DNA of 60,768 bases from positions 1-60,768 of the forward strand of contig CAZSUT010000004.1 in assembly GCA_964610095.1 (NCBI GenBank), given 5' to 3'. This document shows, one piece after another, positions 57,165-60,768 of this stretch. Position numbers and translations under genes: made by a program. Below the pieces are notes generated by a model that was not told where the DNA came from, did not search any database, and saw nothing but the letters and a program-made list of their open reading frames with translations. This DNA is from an uncultured Nitrospirales bacterium. GTDB lineage: Bacteria; Nitrospirota; Nitrospiria; Nitrospirales; NS-4. How positions within the stretch are numbered: the first letter of the stretch is position 1; every line of letters starts with the position of its first letter.

Positions 57165-57551
57165 ATGGCGACCACACTCAAGATTCCCAGCGCGGCGAAA
57201 GCCAAGAAATACTTCCAGGACAAAATGGCTTTCACAACAGGCCCCGTCGAACTCGAACGCATGGTTCAACAGGGCCAGCCGGTCCACATTGTGGACGTAC
57301 GGGCTGCGGAGGATTACAACGAAGGCCACATCCCCGGCGCCGTCAACCTGCCGAAGGATCAGTGGGCGGATGCCAAGACACTGAAGGCCCGATTGCAGAA
57401 GGGCAGGATCAACGTTGTGTACTGCTATTCGCACATCTGTCATCTGGCGGCGACGGGGGCCATCGAGTTTGCGAGCAAGGGCTACCCGGTGATGGAGTTG
57501 GAGGGTGGGTGGCGCTGGTGGAAGGACAACGGCTTTGACATCGAGAAGTAA
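57165..57551 (+). CDS. Rhodanese-like domain protein
   Basis: IVDVR..EDYNEGHIPGA, VYCYSHIC, LEGG..WW. Confidence 0.88.
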   Translation: MATTLKIPSAAKAKKYFQDKMAFTTGPVELERMVQQGQPVHIVDVRAAEDYNEGHIPGAVNLPKDQWADAKTLKARLQKGRINVVYCYSHICHLAATGAIEFASKGYPVMELEGGWRWWKDNGFDIEK

Positions 57552-57678
57552 ACCGGGGCACTGTCCGGTGGGATCACCGCCTAGCGCGAGCGGAACTTCC
57601 CATCGGAAGCGCTACACGCGGGGGTAGAGGCAGGAAGCGCCGCTTTAGTATAATGCCGTCTCTACGGAGGAAACCGAC

Positions 57679-58875
57679 ATGATTGCCATCGTCAAGACTT
57701 TGAGATTCGGTGCAAGCCTCCTCCTGTGCGCGGGAGTGGCCGGTTTGCTGGGGTGCAAACAAGAGGCTGGCTCTGCTCCCGCCCGTCCCCTTCCGGAAGT
57801 GGGAGTGATGACGGTAGCTGCTCAGACCATACCTGACGATCCGGAATTCATCGGCCAAGCGGAAGCCTCCCGCATCGTCGAGATCCGGTCGCAGGTGACG
57901 GGCATCATCAAGCAGTTCTTCTTTCGTGAGGGCCGTGACGTCAAAAAAGGCGACCGGCTTTATCTGATCGATCCTGTGCCGTTCGAGGCGGCCGTGGCGA
58001 GCGCCAAGGCGATGGTGGCCCAGGCCGGCGCGCGGCTGGTCCAGGCGAAGCAGAACCTCGCCCGCGTCAAGCCGCTGCTGGCGGAACAGGCCGTGAGCCA
58101 GAAAGACGTGGATGACGCCGTTGCGGAAGACCTGGCGGCCAAGGCGGCGCTGGAGTCGGCCCAAGGGCAGTTGGTGAAGGCCCAGTTCGACCTGGACAAC
58201 ACGCGCATCATCGCGCCCATCTCCGGACTGATCGAGCGGACCAAGTTCTACGAAGGCCGGCTGATTTCCGCCCAGACCGACCTGCTCACGGTCATCCACC
58301 AGGTGGATCCGATGTATGTCGTGGGGAGCGCTCCGGAGAGCTACCTCCTGCAGCGGCGCCAGCAACTCGCAACAAAGAAAGTCGAGCGGCCGGACCTCTA
58401 CCAGCTCCGGGGGATACTCACCTTCACCGACGGGACTACCTACCCGCACGAGGGGCAGTTGGATTTTGCCTCCGTGGGGCTGAGCACCGAAACGGGTTCC
58501 CGACAGGGTCGGTTCGTCTTTCCCAATCACGAGCGGGTGCTGCTGCCCGGGCAGTTCGTCAAGATTCGCGTCAAGGGATATACGAGAACCGGCGCGATCC
58601 TCGTGCCGCAACGGGCCGTGCAGCAGGGACCCAAGGGATCCGTCGTCTATGTCGTGGGCGAGGGCAACAAGGTGGAAGTCCGTAACGTCCAAGCCACCAA
58701 CTGGCAGGGCACTCAGTGGCTTATCGAGGAAGGGCTCCGTGCGGGCGAGCGAGTGGTGGTGGATGGGATGCACAGAATTTCGCCAGGCGCGCCCGTGAAG
58801 CCGGTTCCCGCCGCTGATGCTGGCGTGGTCTCCGACGGCAAGCCGATCGACACCAAGGTGAAGGAAGACCTGTGA
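57679..58875 (+). CDS. RND efflux periplasmic adaptor (AcrA/MexA family lipoprotein)
   Basis: Lipobox LLGC; EIRSQVTG, LYLID, APISG, LLPGQFV. Confidence 0.93.
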   Translation: MIAIVKTLRFGASLLLCAGVAGLLGCKQEAGSAPARPLPEVGVMTVAAQTIPDDPEFIGQAEASRIVEIRSQVTGIIKQFFFREGRDVKKGDRLYLIDPVPFEAAVASAKAMVAQAGARLVQAKQNLARVKPLLAEQAVSQKDVDDAVAEDLAAKAALESAQGQLVKAQFDLDNTRIIAPISGLIERTKFYEGRLISAQTDLLTVIHQVDPMYVVGSAPESYLLQRRQQLATKKVERPDLYQLRGILTFTDGTTYPHEGQLDFASVGLSTETGSRQGRFVFPNHERVLLPGQFVKIRVKGYTRTGAILVPQRAVQQGPKGSVVYVVGEGNKVEVRNVQATNWQGTQWLIEEGLRAGERVVVDGMHRISPGAPVKPVPAADAGVVSDGKPIDTKVKEDL

Positions 58876-60768
58876 TCTCCCACTTTTTCATCGACCGTCC
58901 GATCTTCTCGTCGGTTTTGTCCATCGTCATCGTGGTGGTGGGCCTCGCGGCGATGCAGACTCTGCCCATCTCCCAGTTTCCCGACATTACGCCTCCGGTG
59001 GTGCAGATCGAGGCCGACTATCCGGGCGCGAACGCCGAGGTGGTGGCGGATTCGGTGGCCCGCCCCATCGAGGTGCAGCTCCCCGGCATCGACAATCTCC
59101 TCTATTACGATTCCACCAGCACCAACGACGGGCACATGACCATCCGGCTCACCTTCGAGATCGGGACCGACGTGGATATCGCACAGGTCCAGACGCAGAA
59201 CCGCGAGAAGCTGGCGGAGCCGCAGATCCCGAACGAGGTCATACGCCAGGGGATCTCGGTGAAAAAAACCTCTCCGGACCTGCTGACGGTCGTGGCGCTG
59301 AGCTCCAGCGACCCACGGTTCGACATGCTCTATCTATCCAACTACGCGATCATCAACGTGCTCGACAACATCAAGCGGCTCCGCGGCGTGGGCGATGCTT
59401 TGGTCTTCGGGGGCCAGAACTACAGCATGCGGCTGATCCTGGATCCCGTCCGGATGGCACAGCTCAACCTCACGACGACCGACATCACGAACGTGGTCCG
59501 CGAACAGAACCGGGATTTTCCTGCCGGCCTGGTCGGGCGGGAGCCCGCGCCCAAGGGCACGCAGCTTACCATCCCGGTGATCACGCAAGGCCGCCTGACG
59601 GAGGTGAAAGACTTCGAAGAAATGATTGTCCGGGCGCTTCCGAACGGAGACATGGTCCGCCTCAAGGACGTGGCCAGAGTCGAACTGGGCGCCCAATCCT
59701 ACAACCTCGAAGGGCGGTGGAACGGCAAGCCCAACACGTTTCTCATCACGTTCCTTTCGCCAGGCGCCAACGCGCTCGATACCGCCAAGCGCATTCAACG
59801 GGAGATGGACGAGCTCGCCAAGAGCTTTCCCCCCGGCGTGAAGTACGACATCCCCTATGACACGACCCGCTTCATAGAGGTCTCCATCCATGAGGTAGCG
59901 TTGACGTTGGGAATCGCGATGATCTTAGTCATTCTAGTCGTGTACCTGTTCCTGCAGAGCTGGCGGACGACGCTGATTCCCGCGGTGGCGGTGCCGGTCT
60001 CCCTCATCGGCGCCCTGGCCGGCATGCAGGCCCTCGGGTTCTCCATCAACACCCTGACGCTGTTCGGCATGGTGCTGGCCATCGGCATCGTGGTGGATGA
60101 TGCCATCGTGGTGGTCGAGAACGTCGAGCGCCACATGAAGGAAGAATGTTGCTCGTCCAAGGAAGCCGCCAAAAGGGCCATGGAGGAAGTCACCGCGCCT
60201 ATTATCGCGATCGTGCTCGTGCTGTGCGCGGTGTTCGTGCCCGTGGGCTTCCTGGGCGGGATCACGGGCCAGCTCTACAAGCAGTTCGCGATCACGATCG
60301 CGATCTCCGTGACGATTTCCGGGTTTGTCGCCCTCACGCTCAGTCCGGCCCTCTGCGCCCTGGTGCTGAAGCCGGGAGGCGAAGAGGTCCAACGCAAAGG
60401 CTTTTTCCCGCTCTTCAACAAGCTCTTCGATTGGACGAGGGACCGCTATACCACGGCCGCCGCACAGGTCATCAAGCGGGCGGCGCTGGCGCTGGCGGTC
60501 TTTGGCGTCGTGATCGCCCTCGCCTTCGGGCTGCTCCGAGGGCTCCCGTCCAGCTTCCTGCCGGACGAAGATCAGGGCTACTTCATCACCATCGCGCAAC
60601 TCCCCGACGGCGCCTCCCTGCAACGGACCACTGAAGTGATGAGCAAGCTGGAGAAGTACTTCCTGTCCAATCCGGTGATCCACAGCACGGATGCGCTGGT
60701 CGGCCAGAACTTCGTGTTCAACACGCGCGGGCCCAATTCAGCGACCATGTTCGTTCCCTTGCACCTCT
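58872..60768 (+). CDS. RND efflux permease (AcrB/HAE1 family), 3' end runs off the window
   Basis: GTG overlapping the adaptor stop; MISHFFIDRPIF, SQFPDITPP, GIVVDDAIVVVENVER, SFLPDEDQG. Confidence 0.93.
   Translation, partial: MISHFFIDRPIFSSVLSIVIVVVGLAAMQTLPISQFPDITPPVVQIEADYPGANAEVVADSVARPIEVQLPGIDNLLYYDSTSTNDGHMTIRLTFEIGTDVDIAQVQTQNREKLAEPQIPNEVIRQGISVKKTSPDLLTVVALSSSDPRFDMLYLSNYAIINVLDNIKRLRGVGDALVFGGQNYSMRLILDPVRMAQLNLTTTDITNVVREQNRDFPAGLVGREPAPKGTQLTIPVITQGRLTEVKDFEEMIVRALPNGDMVRLKDVARVELGAQSYNLEGRWNGKPNTFLITFLSPGANALDTAKRIQREMDELAKSFPPGVKYDIPYDTTRFIEVSIHEVALTLGIAMILVILVVYLFLQSWRTTLIPAVAVPVSLIGALAGMQALGFSINTLTLFGMVLAIGIVVDDAIVVVENVERHMKEECCSSKEAAKRAMEEVTAPIIAIVLVLCAVFVPVGFLGGITGQLYKQFAITIAISVTISGFVALTLSPALCALVLKPGGEEVQRKGFFPLFNKLFDWTRDRYTTAAAQVIKRAALALAVFGVVIALAFGLLRGLPSSFLPDEDQGYFITIAQLPDGASLQRTTEVMSKLEKYFLSNPVIHSTDALVGQNFVFNTRGPNSATMFVPLHL

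Overview
A GC-rich bacterial chromosomal segment. The gene families present (small CxxC Zn-ribbon protein, STAS-like proteins, FhlA-type activators, pilin style) suggest Nitrospirota, but this is inference only. The first ~41.8 kb is mostly housekeeping or conserved-unknown genes: a sigma54-driven type IV pilin locus beside tRNA-Arg(CCT), a MarR-DoxX-HtrA-nitroreductase-VOC operon, a GldAFG-like ABC plus DUF4340 cassette, speDE, rimO, rlpA, HEAT-repeat proteins, a PilB/GspE ATPase, peptidases, a hybrid kinase, bcp and an aminotransferase. From ~41.8 to 57.6 kb is an accessory, partly decayed region built around a GAF-GAF sigma54 activator, followed by an RND efflux pair that runs off the end. 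Two features stand out. First, a 159-bp cis-module (two TGCCGATATNTCGGC[A/G] palindromes, an IHF-like site and a -24/-12 promoter) occurs twice with identical spacing and once truncated. Two of the three occurrences begin directly at the stop codon of an activator gene or activator remnant, and the intact copies head stress-type gene clusters. Second, a dispersed repeat (CACCCGCCCGCCCCAGGCG...GACACGCCCCTTCCCGT) sits in the same frame inside three unrelated protein-coding genes. I found no CRISPR array, rRNA, integrase or transposase. Product calls come from motif recognition only; no database search was run.
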